A stretch of DNA of 63,988 nucleotides, filler included, from Diploschistes diacapsis (lineage: Eukaryota): the NCBI GenBank assembly GCA_023645945.1. It is 5 parts of 5 records of this genome, joined end to end, with 100 filler letters (N's around TTAATTAATTAA, not from the genome) between each part and the next. Parts side by side here need not be neighbours in the genome. Positions count along the whole stretch, not along the records: positions 1 to 8,411 come from JALAIB010001157.1; positions 8,512 to 16,906 come from JALAIB010001158.1; 3 more parts are not named here. The stretch is one strand, 5' to 3'. The position numbers and the translations under genes are program-made. Under the pieces are notes generated by a model, which searched no databases, was not told the origin of the DNA, and worked only from the letters and a program-made list of their open reading frames with translations. Shown here one piece after another: positions 1 through 13,590 of the stretch (the first letter of the stretch is position 1; the number at the start of each line of letters is the position of its first letter).

Positions 1-226
1 CCCTAATCTAATCAGTTTTGATCTTTTACGGCATTTCTACATAGAGATTTGACCTCCTATATAGTTATTTAGGCGGATCCAATCCGCGTTTGCTTTAAAA
101 TCAACTTTTTGTGATCTACATGGATGCATCGGAGATGGCACGCTTGTGACGCAGTATGGCTCGTATATGTAATGCATACTAATTACTATGGGAACTAGAT
201 ATGAGCTAAACAGCTTGGCAGACACA

Positions 227-852
227 CTATATGTGACCGGGGTGGGGAGCAGGTGGTGCTCCCGAATCGCCCTGGTCGATCTTGTTATGAAATAAGTTGC
301 GATGCCCATAGAGATAGTCGTCCATGCTAGAAACCACTGGGATGCCCTCCGTGGCCTATGAGAATACTGTGCGCTACCGAATCTCCTTTCTTCTCTCCAC
401 CCTTACTGATACCTTTGATACCCTTTCTATCTCCGCTTTGATGTATCACTTATTGAATTATGACATGCGTGCACCCATTTTTATCGCCAAAGTCGCTGCC
501 TTTTTTCCAAATCTGCCCTCTTCTTCTTGTTCCAAGTATCTTGGCTTTGCTTTTGCGGCCCAAGGGCGCCTTGAGATTGGTCCAGCCGGTTATGGCGCGT
601 CCGAGAAGCGTCGCAATAAGCTCATCACGATCTTGGAGTCCAAGCCGATTTAGTCCATCCACATGACCAAGAGCATCGATGTAAGGTTTGGCGTAGGGGT
701 CAGTATCCCGAGTATAAAAGGGACTCGAGCTCGGCACCCTGAACTGAGCGGATGGGGACGTCATCAACATTGAAGTCACCGAGATAGGAGGACGCAATTG
801 CAGTAGAGAAGAGAGAAGAAACAATGGTGAGGACTGTTGCAGAGACTCTCAT
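227..852 (-). pseudogene. Probable disrupted secreted prepro-protein
   Basis: ATG at 852 gives signal-like MRVSATVLTIVSSLFSTAIA. A 1-nt shift in a T-run (~718) joins it to YTRDTDPYAKPY (pro-peptide-like). Further shifts and in-frame TAA/TGA/TAG follow downstream. Confidence 0.4.
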
Positions 853-2994
853 AATGTGAAGAGTGTTCCCAGCCAGTGGAGCCCTATAGCGGCTAGATGC
901 AACCCATACATCAATGACCGCAGGAGCGGGAGAAGCCGATTGACATGGCCACAACGCAGGAGTCATGGCGTGCATCTTGAAAGGACTTCCATGAATGGCC
1001 GCTGAAGCTTTAAGAAGTCTCAGTCAATGAAGGAACATACCGCCTACCCCCCTTCTTCGAACCCTGTCCGGTTCGAGATCAAGAGCTTCGAAACAGATAT
1101 CTCCAACCGTATCTACTACAACAACAATAAGTCAATACATCAAGCCCAAGCGCGACCACCATGCCGATTACACGAAGAATCAAGCAATATCACATAGCAA
1201 ATAACAATATATGAGCGCATTGAAGAATTGTCCGCGTATTCTACAGCCTGGTCGCATGGTTTCACTTCGCGGATAACCAAGTATCAGGCGCCGCTGAATG
1301 GGCAGGCAATTAGTTCCCATTCACTTCGAAGATTAATTATGGTGCTTATTCAATTGTCTGCAGTGGCTCACTCGTGACTAATTGCAGGCTTCCTAGCCTT
1401 TCTCCACCCCTGTACAACTACCGCATATCGCCCTTAAAGACTCGATACCTGCGTTGCTTTCAAGATGGGCACTGCCTCCTCCACCTCGATTTCATGTATG
1501 AACGAATGCGAGTTTCTGCTCTCACTTCCAGTTTGCACCTCCTCGCTACCTCCTCGCCACGGGGCGCCAAAATACCTACACTACTAGATTCGCTCTCACA
1601 CAAAAGGTTCGAATGGCTCGCGCCCCCTGCCTCGTCATTCCACATTTGGGGTGTCCCTTTACGTAGCTGGTCGACAAGGCTCTTGTCCCCGGCTCCAGCA
1701 TAACCACTTATAGCCAAGAAAACTGGACTCCGCGCTTCATTCGCGTCGCAGCGCTCGTACATGCATACGTACATGCAAACCACATCATGCACTGCGAGTT
1801 GATACTGGACAATGTGCTGTTCACTCTCCTCAAATGCCGTACCTCCATCTATTCCACTTTAACCTGGAACACAGATACCACCTCCGGCATCCCGCAGTCC
1901 CTCCCTCGCTTTATCGACGCACCTCTGGATTCGTCGGCAGGAGGCCCACTTACCTTACCCCTGCGGTGCCGGTCTCTGACTGTGGTCCTCAACCTACTTT
2001 CCGAACGCTTGGACTTGCTCTCCGTCTCGTAGAATACAGTGCCCCTTGTCACTGTGAGTCCACAAGCGACAGCTTAGCCGTCTACGCTTACGCCATGCGT
2101 CCGCTGGAGCTCGTTTTCGGCCTACTCATCTTGTCGGATGAGGATATTTGGGCGCCGGAGCTGATGATACAGCAGCTCGTATGAAGACACAGAGGAAGAA
2201 ACGGATGATGAGTGACTGTTGAAGAGGTGCCTCGGCTGGGCAAGATACTGGACGAATGTAGAGAGAGATGGAAGAATAGGGGAAAGTTCTTTGGGAGCTG
2301 CTAGAATTGAACAATGAAACCAGAGCCACTGCGCACCGATGAAAAAGAGAAGAGAAGGGAGGAGGAGAGTCTAGCAGGGCGCCTGAACAAACAGAACCCA
2401 GTGGGGATGGATAAGCGTGAAGCGAAGGCTTTTGAGGGCTTTCTAAAAGATGGTTTAGTTTAGCAGCCGGAGCGAAATAAAAAGCAGAGGGGCCTTTAGC
2501 AAAGCCAGGGGTTGGCCGGACATTGAGAGGAGGAAGTTGGGGAAGCCTAGAGGTAGGAGTTCACCAGTCGAACTTGGGTTACTTCTCCTTTCTGTTTACT
2601 CTTTTGACAATCACTTGCCATTGCCTGTACACCAAAATATCCCTTGTGAGATAAGTATAAGAGATAGGCCGTGCGCGTGAGAAAGCGGCCGGAGAGTAAG
2701 AGAGGAAGGGTTAGATAGAAGCCAGACTGCCCCCGCTCGGCGATTACCCAGCTCTTACTTCCGAGAGAGCTCGGAGTTATTCCAAAGCCGGAAGTTGCTT
2801 GAACTTCAAATGATATAGATAGGTAGGTATCCACCTTGTACATCCCCATATTTCGGTGTAATCTCAACCTTCTCCCTCTTCACTCATAATCTCATCGTCT
2901 AAGTCCCCGTCTTTATTTCAACCACTTTGGCGTTTCTCAAGCTCATACAATCAACTCGGTAAATCGAGTTGCTGCGAAACGACTGCGTTGAGCT

Positions 2995-3638
2995 ATGAAT
3001 CGTGGAGGCAAACTTGCGCCTGAAGTTAATCGGTACGTGCAAACTGTTCTTCTCATGTAGCATTTCGTTTTGGTTGATTTCGAGCATTGTGACTTTGAAC
3101 GCTGCTGCTGACAAGTCACATAGTGCTCTGTTCGTCAAGAATCTGAGGTATGGGAGCTGCACCTTGCTTAGTGCGAGGAGCTAAAGAAAGCACGTGCCCC
3201 TCGGAAAGAACAACGCTGATCCTATACCAGCTACAACGTCACACCCGAAGAGCTCTTCGACCTTTTCGGAAAGTTTGGGCCTATTCGGTATATTCCATCA
3301 AATGCGTACATGCTACCTGCGTCGGTCTCTGACTCTCAGTTGCGTTTAGTCAGATTCGTCAGGGCATTGCCCAGAATACCAGAGGGACTGCATTCGTCGT
3401 TTACGAGGATGTGGTTGATGCGAAGCAAGCTTGCGATAAGCTGAATGGCTTCAACTTCCAGAATAGATATCTTGTTGGTAGGGGGAATTGGACTCGCCCG
3501 GACATTGTCAGCGTACAGAAGCTTACATCTAACACAGTCCTCTATCATCAGCCCGAAAAGATGGCGAAGTCAAAAGACGATCTAGCAGACAGGCAGGAGA
3601 ACCTAGAGAAGCTGAAGAAACAACACGGAATAGATTAA
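2995..3638 (+). CDS. SF3B6: Pre-mRNA branch-site protein p14 (SF3b 14 kDa subunit, RRM)
   Basis: Five exons splice to [91 protein letters not shown]...; GT-AG introns at 3033-3123, 3148-3230, 3288-3349 and ~3478-3537. Confidence 0.95.
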
Positions 3639-4749
3639 CGGACGATACCTGGCGTTCTGCGGTGATCATCTATAACAGTCGGCATTGCGGCTATCGCTTT
3701 GTTGCTCGGCTTGCACGGCATCACAGTGGCCCGCTATGTGTTTGCCATTATTACGGACATCATGATCTCACGAGATGGACATTCGCTGCCGCAGAGTGTC
3801 AAATGATGGATGGTTGTACCGTACAAGTCATATTTACCTTCGAAATCCAGAGCTCGATAGCTCGAGAGGGCATTCTATGGCATGTCAAGCAATTCAGTGA
3901 CTTTCAGCTTCCAGCAGGTGTTATTAGTTCACACCAGACAGCCTCCTGGATCTGCATAGTAACACAACATGGCACGGATCAATGCATCATACAGCAGCCA
4001 TGTCCTGTCAGGTAACCGTTAATTGATGAATAGCCTCACTGACAGAGTTTGGTATTTGCTGAATCACGTGCTAGATATACTTCAAACAAGTACAGATACA
4101 TGAAAAGGTCAATCCCTATGTTTTGCTAAGCTCATATGAAAATCAGCACAGGTAACTTTCTATGCCTCTTCTTCTGAAATTATGGGATGAATCATAGTAG
4201 TTCGGAGTTGGACCCTTGAGCCTTGACATCACGGCGTTACGAATTCAGCCTACCCTGATCACTAAACGGATGAGTCGGTCATCTCCTTTCTAAGAAGCTC
4301 ATATAGTGTAAAAACAGAAAATAAATCTAACAAACTGCGGGCGACAGCATTGCGAGACCTACTATCGAAGAAGTGGGTGGTTTGTTGATAGTTGAACGCC
4401 AGTGTAGCTCCAGTAACAAGGCAATACCCCTATTCGATCAAGTCGGGCTCAGCAAATATGTTGTGAGTTAAGTCTCTCTTACTATGGCCATTGTTGTAGC
4501 GTAGTCTGATAATTCAGGACAAGCGCATTCTCCAAGCTCCATGTTGCGATTGTTTTGAGATTGTTTGGAAGTGCGCCCGTCCACCCGGAGCAATAGTGGC
4601 GTTTGGAATCTTCATCGCCTTACGCTCAGTTACCATCTTCAATACTCTTTGCTCTTGCCTGGTTTTTGGAATAATCCATACTCGTGGATACCAGCTGTAT
4701 ATCATTACCGAATCCTGACCCAGGTCTGACCAGCTCCAGAACTAGATCG

Positions 4750-5480
4750 TTAAGGATGCGTCTCAGGCAGCTCCGTTGAAATTGAAGATGATCCCATCAA
4801 CTCTCCCATGGGAATTTCCGTGTCTCTGCCTTCGACTTCAGTTGGTAACGGTAAATCTCGGTTCGTCTTGACTGTTGGCGTCTGATCTGTTGGAGAAGGG
4901 TCATAATATGACTGTGGAGGAGGCTGCCAGGTGTCGAGGATGGCTGGACTGCTCTTTCCGCCGTCGAATAACCAGGAGCGTGAGTATAGCACAGAGCAGG
5001 ACTGCCACTGCCGAGCCCACCGCAACGCCTACTATTGGCCCTGCTGAGAGGCCACTAGAGCCTGAAGCACCACTCGTGTTACCCGATGTAGGAGAAGTGA
5101 TTGCAGATGATCAAGAGGCACTTTTACTCGTCGACGCTTGTGAGCTTGAAGAAAACGTTGCGGCAATCTCCTTCAAGGCTCCATAGGGGATATTGCACCT
5201 TACTTCGTTGGTACCGGCATCAAAGTTTTGCGCGCAACTGGTCAAGCTTGGACAACATGCCTGGCCTGTCCCTTCTGCTAGCTGGGAACACTGAACCGAG
5301 TCCTGCTCGTCGCATACAGAGCCTTGATCCACGTAACAATTGTCGGTTGCGTTTCTGTTCAGTTTGAGCCATGATGCATTCAAGGGAAGTGTCCAGGTCG
5401 CTCACCCGCCTACGCAACACCAGCCCTGCCCAAGGTACTCTTTGCATGCAGGATAGACCCCATTGGACCTTGTGCCAGAG
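4750..5480 (-). pseudogene. Cys-rich / Ser-Thr-rich single-pass membrane protein (Mid2-like architecture), disrupted
   Basis: Cys-rich ectodomain (WCCVGGNATDNCY...CCPSLTSC), S/T stalk interrupted by TGA at 5111-5113, TM helix PIVGVAVGSAVAVLLCAILTLLVI-RRRK, then a frameshift (~4930) before a typical ...ELMGSS...ELP tail. 5' end approximate. Confidence 0.6.
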
Positions 5481-6544
5481 AACTAATTAGCTGCTATGTT
5501 GCTCATTTCGCTTTACAGACAGCATAACGTGTTGCTTGGTGTGCAAATAGCGTCACTCGCATTGGAACCAGAGGCATCGGAGCACGCATCCCTTGCAAAG
5601 CGTCTAACTAGCACTTCTGCCATATCCAGTATGCAGCCGAAGGCGTCGAGCTGATGTGGAGAAAAATATCCGAACTTCGTCTTGGTAGACCAATATACAA
5701 GCGCAAAAACGGCTACTGGACAAGATATTCAAGCTGGTGAAAATCTGAACAGAGATGCAAGGCTAGAAATCAGAGAACACTCTTCGGCATGCATTTATTA
5801 GGCAAGGTAGTGGTTGGTTCTCCCATTGCTCCAGAACGCCGTAGACTGGCAAGTGTTTCTTATGCTTTTTCGAGCTTCAAAAGCCGCCACATCAACTTCC
5901 GATCTTGACTGCTCATTCCACATCCGCATGAAAGGTCCATAATCCAACCACCGCTTCTGATGAAACTTCATTTTGCGTCGGTATAGTAGATGTCGACTTT
6001 CCTTCTTGGTAACAATGGCTCGTAACCGACGGATCTATTCCTACATTTTCCACGGCTGACAATGAGAATGCGGCTCCTTACTAGATACAAGGCGGCTCGG
6101 CTCGTCAGGTTTCCGGGGTTCAAACATGATCCAGGATTCAGACCAGAGCAAAGTAACGATGGTCAAGATGCAGGGGCACCTGGCAATCCCGCCTCTCCCT
6201 CTCCTTGGTTGAGGGCTTGAAGCTGGACTACCAAATGTAACCGATGGAAGAACCACGGGAAATTGGGGGTTGCGGCGTACTAGTACGGCGAAAGCTAGCG
6301 GCTAACTTTCTCATATATCCTTAACCTATCATAAATTTAGATATATAAATTTATATTTATATTTAGGCGTCGTGCCCTTTTCAGACCTGGGGAATACCCA
6401 TTGCTGCTCTATGCATATGCATCATATTCTTTCTGGGCTCAATACAACGCAACTATCGTTCGAACTCGGAAGAAAGCAAAGATTGGGGCTTGATATATCC
6501 AATCTCGGAGAAAATCACCGTCGACAAATGCTCAACCAACGGTA

Positions 6545-7445
6545 ATAGACGATATACCACCCGAGCTTATCATCGCAAAACTCTCAAAAGAAGATACCAC
6601 GTGGTTGTTTAAGCTCTTTCTCAAACGGGTCAAAAATGTCTACGTTGTAGACGACCCCACGGCTCCATTGACCGTCTCCGAGAACAAGGGCCGTGAATCC
6701 ATGCCCTATCTTACGTATCTTTCTATGTCTGGTGAATTCCAATAGTCGATTATCTAACGAAAAGTAGATACATCATCGACAATTACGATCGCTTGCCGCG
6801 TCTGATGCTTTTCCTCCACGCCGAACGGTGGCAGTGGCATAACGATGACCCAGACTACGATAGTTATGCTGTACTAAGCAGGCTTCAACTGTCCTACCTG
6901 GGTGAGGAAGGCTATGCCAGCCTTCGCTGTATCTGGGTTCTGAGTTGCCCAACCGAGATCAGCCCTTTCGCCGATGCGGCGAACCAGGAAGCTCACAAGA
7001 GTACTAGCCTAGCCTACAAAAAGGCGTTTGAGGAACTGTTACCGGGAGAACCGATTCCTGTCTCAGTAGGAGTCACGCGAGACGCAGTACGGCAGAGAGA
7101 CCAAAGGAGGATTACATAAGGTTCCGAAACTGGTTGCTAGAGACCGAGCTTGATGATGCGACCAGCGGGAGGGTGTTTGAATATGCATGGCATAGTGAGT
7201 CACCTTGACAAGATCGGACACCATCGTTCAACTAACCTTGGACCTCAGTGATCTTTGGGAAGCAAGCTGTACACTGTCCTCGTGCCGAACAGTGCTACTG
7301 TAAGCTTTTTGGTCTCTGTGGCCTGCGCTGCAGCGAAGATCGATGCGAAGGTAGATATACCCTTCCAAGTTATTCAACCCTGCCGAAAGGCTGGCCGCTT
7401 GTTGGTTGGGATAAGGGGCAGCGGGAGTCCTCAGGTCCACTGTAG
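6545..7445 (+). pseudogene. DUF3431-family fungal protein, frameshifted
   Basis: Motifs VYVVDDP...NKGRESMPYLT/YIIDNYD.LP...FLHAERWQWHNDDP and ...SGRVFEYAWH/IFG...HCP...CYC.LFG. A 2-nt insertion at ~7097 (cagagagacc) breaks the frame, and the usual CC.QF.V segment is absent after SVGV. Confidence 0.75.
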
Positions 7446-8411
7446 AAAAGGTTACAGCGGGGTCCAGGATAAAGGTGTCCGAACTTTCCAAATAAAAAAA
7501 TTCAGTGTTTATCTCAGCCGAGCAAATGGATGTCAGTGCTTTGGCCCTTGCCGCATTCTGCAAACTTTCTGGAGCAGAATTATTGGAAGCCGAGTCAATA
7601 CGCCACTGGATGCTAATGGACAAGAATCAAGGCTTGTTGAACATGAGGGCTTTCCGAGGGCAAATCCAAAACTCGCCAGCAGCTTTATCGCATGTCACGA
7701 TTCATGTTTGTCTCGAACGGGGGCCAGGAACTCTCGGTAGACGATTATGCGGTCGCATGGTTCAGAAAGCAGCGTCAAGTTGGCTGAATAAGATCGTTAT
7801 GCGCTCCGAGGATATGCTTATTTCATAAAGCTAGTCGTACGAGTTTAAGTATAGAAGCCTGGATACGGAGTGAAGGCAATCTTCTCGCCTGTTGATATTC
7901 TCGGACGAAGGGCACTTTCACTGACTACCAAGGTTTTATGCTGTGAGTTCGCATCGGTCAGTGAGTGCTCAGTACTATTCTCTACAGAGGGCATCAAGTC
8001 GAATTTGGGAGAGCTTGCAGCACGGCGGCACGAAGGCAAAGCGCTCTAGATGGAGGAACAAGTCTCAAAACCACAACTCAAGCGGCGATACAGGCAGGAT
8101 CCCTCCTAGCTAGCCTGCCACCAATTTATCTCATATGGCCAGAATATAATGCATTCAGTTGGGCAGAGTGGAACTATCCACAGTGGCATCAACTGCAAAA
8201 AAAAAGGCTGCAAGCTAGTCCATTACAAACAGATGTTTACAACCCCAAAATCGAGTTCCACTTTACCCATCACCAACGAGTCCTGCACCTCCAGCCGTGT
8301 CCCAGCTTCCCCCAATTCTCTCTCGCGCTCCTTTCCGGAATCCCTTCCTTCCCTGTAGCCCCCCGCAGCGCTGGCCCCGTCCTCCTAGCGACGCAAGTTC
8401 CTCCCACATAC

Positions 8412-8511
8412 NNNNNNNNNNNNNNNNNNNNNNNNNNNNNNNNNNNNNNNNNNNNTTAATTAATTAANNNNNNNNNNNNNNNNNNNNNNNNNNNNNNNNN
8501 NNNNNNNNNNN
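8412..8511. other. Artificial contig spacer (N44-TTAATTAATTAA-N44)
   Basis: Identical 100-nt block with a six-frame stop linker occurs four times. Confidence 0.97.
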
Positions 8512-9624
8512 GCTGTAGGCTTTCTATTGAAGGTTTCTTATTGTTCTGGGTTGAGATTTGGAAGACAACTGAATGTTGGACGTAAGACGAGATGGCACAA
8601 GAGTGTTGTTTCAAGAGAACGACTATACAGCTTTGGAAGAACATTATGGGGTCCCTGACAACTATCGATTTGTGTACGGAGCACTTCTTGCTGGAAGGGG
8701 AAAGACCAATGGGTTCATCACTGGTCTAGGGGAAGTGGCGGGAGCTTCACGACGAAGGCCTTCGGTCACTGGTAATCTTTTGCTTGTACCATGATGACCT
8801 ACAAACGTAGGGAGACTTCAATCTGTTTCGGTGTCTCTTCCTGGTCATATAGATATGCCTTATTACGCAAGCCATCGATTTCCACAGTCTAGCAATGGCT
8901 GCAGATGAAGTAGTCTTCGCGTAGCTTACGCGAACTATACCAAAGAGGGTTGATATGGTTGGTCCAAGTACCATCATCCCCTTGATTCTATGAGAACCTT
9001 CAAGATCAATCTGAGAAGAGAGCCTCTTCGCGTCGGCGGACCAACGGCACAATGGTATTCAGCATATTCAACAGGCAACTTCAACGGACTCAAAGTCCTC
9101 ACCTACAAGTATATACATTCACTGGAACGTGCCTATCACCCGAGTCCTTTTCCCCCAATAGGAAAGAGTGGCCACCATGATCCTGCTATTGATGTCCACC
9201 CAACTGATACCAACATTTCTTTCTCACCTACTTCCCTTCTCCTCTTCTATTCGATTCATGGCTGTAACACATTAACCACCCCCCACTCTCTTGTTAACGA
9301 GCTATTGTTCTTATTATCCGCATGTTACGAGCCATTCATTTGCTTGAACGCTCAACAACAATAGCAGCATTTACCAGAAGCTCGTCCTCGCTTTTCTGGA
9401 GGTGAACCTACTTCTTTATTCAGGTAGATCGAGGTTCTTCAGCCAGGAGTTACCCTCTTGCAGTGCTATCCTGCCGAACAGGGAAGAACGAGTATCGGCC
9501 ACGCTCTTCATCTCGTTCTTCAACACGCCACTATTGTACAGGCCATCGAAAGAGGGTTCACTCTCTGCAGTCCATATGCTGTGGTTGCATTACTAACTCT
9601 TAGCCATAAGCGTCGGAATTCAAG

Positions 9625-10751
9625 ATGCTTCAAACTTTGATGCCTTCTAGGAGGGCGCCTTCAAGCGGTAAGAGAATCGGTCAGAGGCGTCTAACACCTT
9701 ATCCCAATGCCTCTGGGATCACAGGTGCTCTGAAAAAGACGTATCCAATCCTTGGACCTCAACCGGGAGCAACAACCAATGTGCAAAACCGACTGCAAAG
9801 TCTGTCAGCCAATTATCGCAAGGCCCTGGAGAATATTGATGAAGTTCAATCGTTACTGAGCTCCTCGACCAGTCGAGCCAGCTCGTTCCCTCAGGTAGCG
9901 GAGGAAAGGGAGGAGCCTTGGTTCGATTGGAAGCGTCATTCCCCTAGGCTCTGCAATGTTGTTTCTCCAGCAAGTTTTCGCCTTAAAGGGGAACTTGAGA
10001 AAAGGGTTGCTGACAGTATTCGTAGCAACATCGCAATATCTCCGTCGACCACGCCCAGCGTTACCTTCAGCGTTTTATGCCCTCCCTCTATCCCATCAAC
10101 GACATCTCGCTAGACCCCGGCCTATTCAAAAAGCGTTGCTACCTCGAATCTGTCCTGATGTTACCAGACATTAATGACAAGCTCGCCTTGGTGCTCCGGT
10201 TCTGGAACAGTCTTGGAGGCCTCCAAGGCAATGATAATTCTATCACGGCCATTCACCTCCCCGAGCCAGGATTGAGCCGCCGTGATAAGAACACAACGAG
10301 AAGCTCGGACAGGATGGACATTGACGACATTCACAGTGATCCCCATGCGCATCCATCCACAGGCTTTCAGTGCTACAAGGGAGACTGTCCACTCGAGAAC
10401 TTCAACGCCAACGGTAAGCGCAAGACAAGCGGCCGCGTCATCACATGGCCCAGCGCACACGAGACCAAGAGACGTTGCCGACGCTCCTCGGATATGGACC
10501 TGGACACGGAAAATGCAGACCTGGATGAACCTCCAGAGTTGTATGTGGATGAAGATTCTGAATGTGAAGGGGGGGAAATGTTGCGGGTGCCGAAGGTAAG
10601 GTACTATCTTCCTGACGCCGCGCAATTGGACGCAGATAGACGCAAATTCGGAGGCGAGTGGCTGGGGGAGGAATTGGAGGCTGATGAAGGAGCCACTGCC
10701 GTTGATGACGGACTGTGGACGCACAACTTCTCACAGCTGGGTCTACTTTGA
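9625..10751 (+). CDS. Hypothetical protein, two exons joined by a GC-AG intron
   Basis: ORFs 9625-10113 and 10077-10751 join in frame by removing 9970-10025 (GCAAGT...GCTGAC...TAG). No recognisable domain. Confidence 0.55.
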
Positions 10752-11391
10752 AACGAGGTAGATACGACCGTATGCTGACTGAAGATATCGCGATAACAGC
10801 CTCTTGAATGGGTCCTTTGCCCTTGATTAGAGTTGGTGGCCAAGGAGTTCGGATTCGCGAACAGAAGTAAGCTTGTTGGGCGGGATAGCCACAATGGCGT
10901 ATTGATAGAGATAGCAGACTTATACAATATCCTTCCCACCAACCTGTTGCATTGTTAGCTCGGATGAGAACTTGAGAGCTGTAGCAAGCTAAACCACGCG
11001 AAGTAGTCCAGTGGCTAAACAAAGATAATATCAATAAAGTATATCGGGATCTAACGGCGCTGAGGTTGGGGATTAACAATGTCGAATGTTGAGCTTCGAA
11101 GCAACAAGGTTCTAGGAGCGTCATGGGCACGCAGCAACAAAAGGCTTCAATTTCTATTCAGCCGCCACTGAAGGCCCTTGTCTGACGATGTTCTAGTTAC
11201 AAGTAATTAATTCGAAATTTAGATCGTAGATACGTGCTCACATTATGGAGCGATTCTCATTTGAGAGTAATGGTCGTAGTAAACTCAATAGGCGGAGACT
11301 GCTCCAAGAGACTTTTGCGCCCCCCTATCGTATGGCGCTGCTAGCTATCCTGGCTTTATAGATGCACTTCGTGATATACGTGTTGAAGGGG

Positions 11392-13188
11392 TTATAGCTC
11401 CCGTTTTCTGAAAGTAAGATAGCAGTCATCCTGGAGTAAAAGACGTAAGCATATTTCCAATATATTGAAGTAAATAATATTCCAGAGTTTGCCAGATAGA
11501 TCACGAGAAAACATGAGTCATCTTACCATTGGAAAAATGGTTGCAAATACTTTGACAACCTCACTCCTCTCCGTGACCGTGTGGTCCCAGTCAAGCAACA
11601 AACTCGCCTTACCAATCATGGCGATAAGGTTATTCTGCGCGTATGTCTGGCCTATACAGTAATGCGGGCCTGTGCCAAACACGAGCCAATTCTTAACCTG
11701 TTTCTCGGCGTCTCCTGTAATCCAGCGCTCTGGGTCGAATGTGTCCGGGTTTGGATAGGCTTCGGGGTCGTGCGTGGCAGGATACACTGAGGGGATGACC
11801 ATGGAGCCTTTCGGAGCTGTATAGGTGTCCGTGATGGGGAAATCCTTCTTGACCATATATGGCACCATGATGACGGGGGGTCGGTAGCGAAGAGTTTCCT
11901 TGACGACAGCCCGAGTATATGTCATCTTTTCGATCCTGTCCATGCTAAAGCGCGCGTCAGGATCGGCATCGCGGACGGCGAGCTGCTCGGCGCGAATGCG
12001 GTCACGCATTTCTGGGTTGTCGGCCATTAGCTGAAAGAGCCAGGTAGAGGCAGACGATGTCGCGTCCTGGGAAGCGAAGAGGAAGGTGAAGAGGGTCATG
12101 GCGATCTCAAAGTCCGTGAACTCGCGCAAGACCTGCGAAGGCTTGTCAGCCAGACCAACCTCAACACCTTTGGCGAGTTTCTGTCGGTAAACTTGAGAAG
12201 CCTGTATCTGCTTGACCCAAGCGTCGAGGATACAGGTCGAGTCGCCGCCCGCGGCCATCTTCACTTTGCTCATTGCGGAGCACTTTGAGAACTCGTCAAG
12301 AACCATGTCGGCAGCTTTCTTACCATACCAAGTCTTGGTAAAGGGAATGATGATGGGGAAATTGACGAGCTCGAGTGCAGCTGTAACATTGTAATAATTA
12401 TCGGCGATCTTCTTAACGGCGGCATCGGACATGTAGTGACCAACAAAGGTGCGCAGTGCGACGGCACACTGAAGTTCACGGAAAACTGGCATGAATTGTA
12501 TTGGCTTGCCCTTGTTCTCCTTTTGAGATATGTGCACGAACTTCTCAAAATAGACGTCGTAGACCCCTTCCTGCATCGGCAAATACGACTCCAGCGCCTG
12601 GCGGGTGAAAAGACCATTGAGGCCCTTACGATAATCGACATGCGCTTTGCCGTCCAGGAACACCCAGTTTTGAGGTCGAAGAAGCTTGTATGCAATATCG
12701 ACCACGCATGGCTTTACAAATGACGGCGAATTGAAGACTTTTCGCGCCATGTCCCTGGTGGAGGCAATGACGACGAACCTGAGACAAGGTTAAAAGTGAA
12801 AGGCCAAATATCCAGATCAACGCACTTGTGGAATACAGAGACACAGCTTAATTCCCCGCTGTTCCATTTAGCCTTGTATATGTTGAAGTCGGGGTAGACT
12901 GATTCGAGGAAGGGTCCAATGAAAGGTGCTTTGAAAACTGGGCCAACAATAGAGCCCTTATTCCAGATGTAGCTGACTGTCGATGTGTCAGTGAAAGCAG
13001 TTGAGATTTCAGTTGGCCTGTTTCGTACATTGGTCGTAGGCAACTAGGCCCAGAATGATGGAAAGGGCGATGTTCCAAGGTGTCAAGCTGTTGAAGAACG
13101 TAGCCAGAAAACTCTCACCCGACATGAAAACGGCAGTCTGCGCATCAGCGGAAGGCGAGGCAAAGCTGCCTCCAACGACAGTCGCCAT
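11392..13188 (-). CDS. ERG5: Cytochrome P450 CYP61, sterol C-22 desaturase
   Basis: [13 protein letters not shown]-helix, [19 protein letters not shown] heme motif, C-terminal [20 protein letters not shown]; multi-exon. Confidence 0.95.
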
Positions 13189-13590
13189 GCCAGTAGTGAG
13201 TAACAGAGCGTTAACCTGTGAAGAGCGCAAAGCAGAACGAGCGTGACCGTGTTGTCCAGCACCTCCACCTGAAGACCTATGAACAAAAAACGAACGATGC
13301 GACTGCAGGCAATGGCTGACGCTCAGTCTTAATGAGGTAAGAGAGGTTTGTTGAACTTAAAATAATTCCAGCGCCGTTGACCAGCGAGCAGCGAGCTCCG
13401 CACCTCATTGGGGGCTCTTCTTTTTTCCGGTTCCGTCAAATCACGCCAACCGGAAACTGACCTTTCCGCTCTTTTTATCTTATCTTATCTTAAACCAGCT
13501 TTGATCTAATCTAATCTAATCTCCTCGACTTCTAACTGACAATTACAAGCTGAGATGCAGAACGCTCCTTATTTGCCTCTGTATGGCGAA

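Noticed and set aside
1..15. CCCTAATCTAATC as a telomere
   Set aside because: Only one CCCTAA unit; no tandem array.
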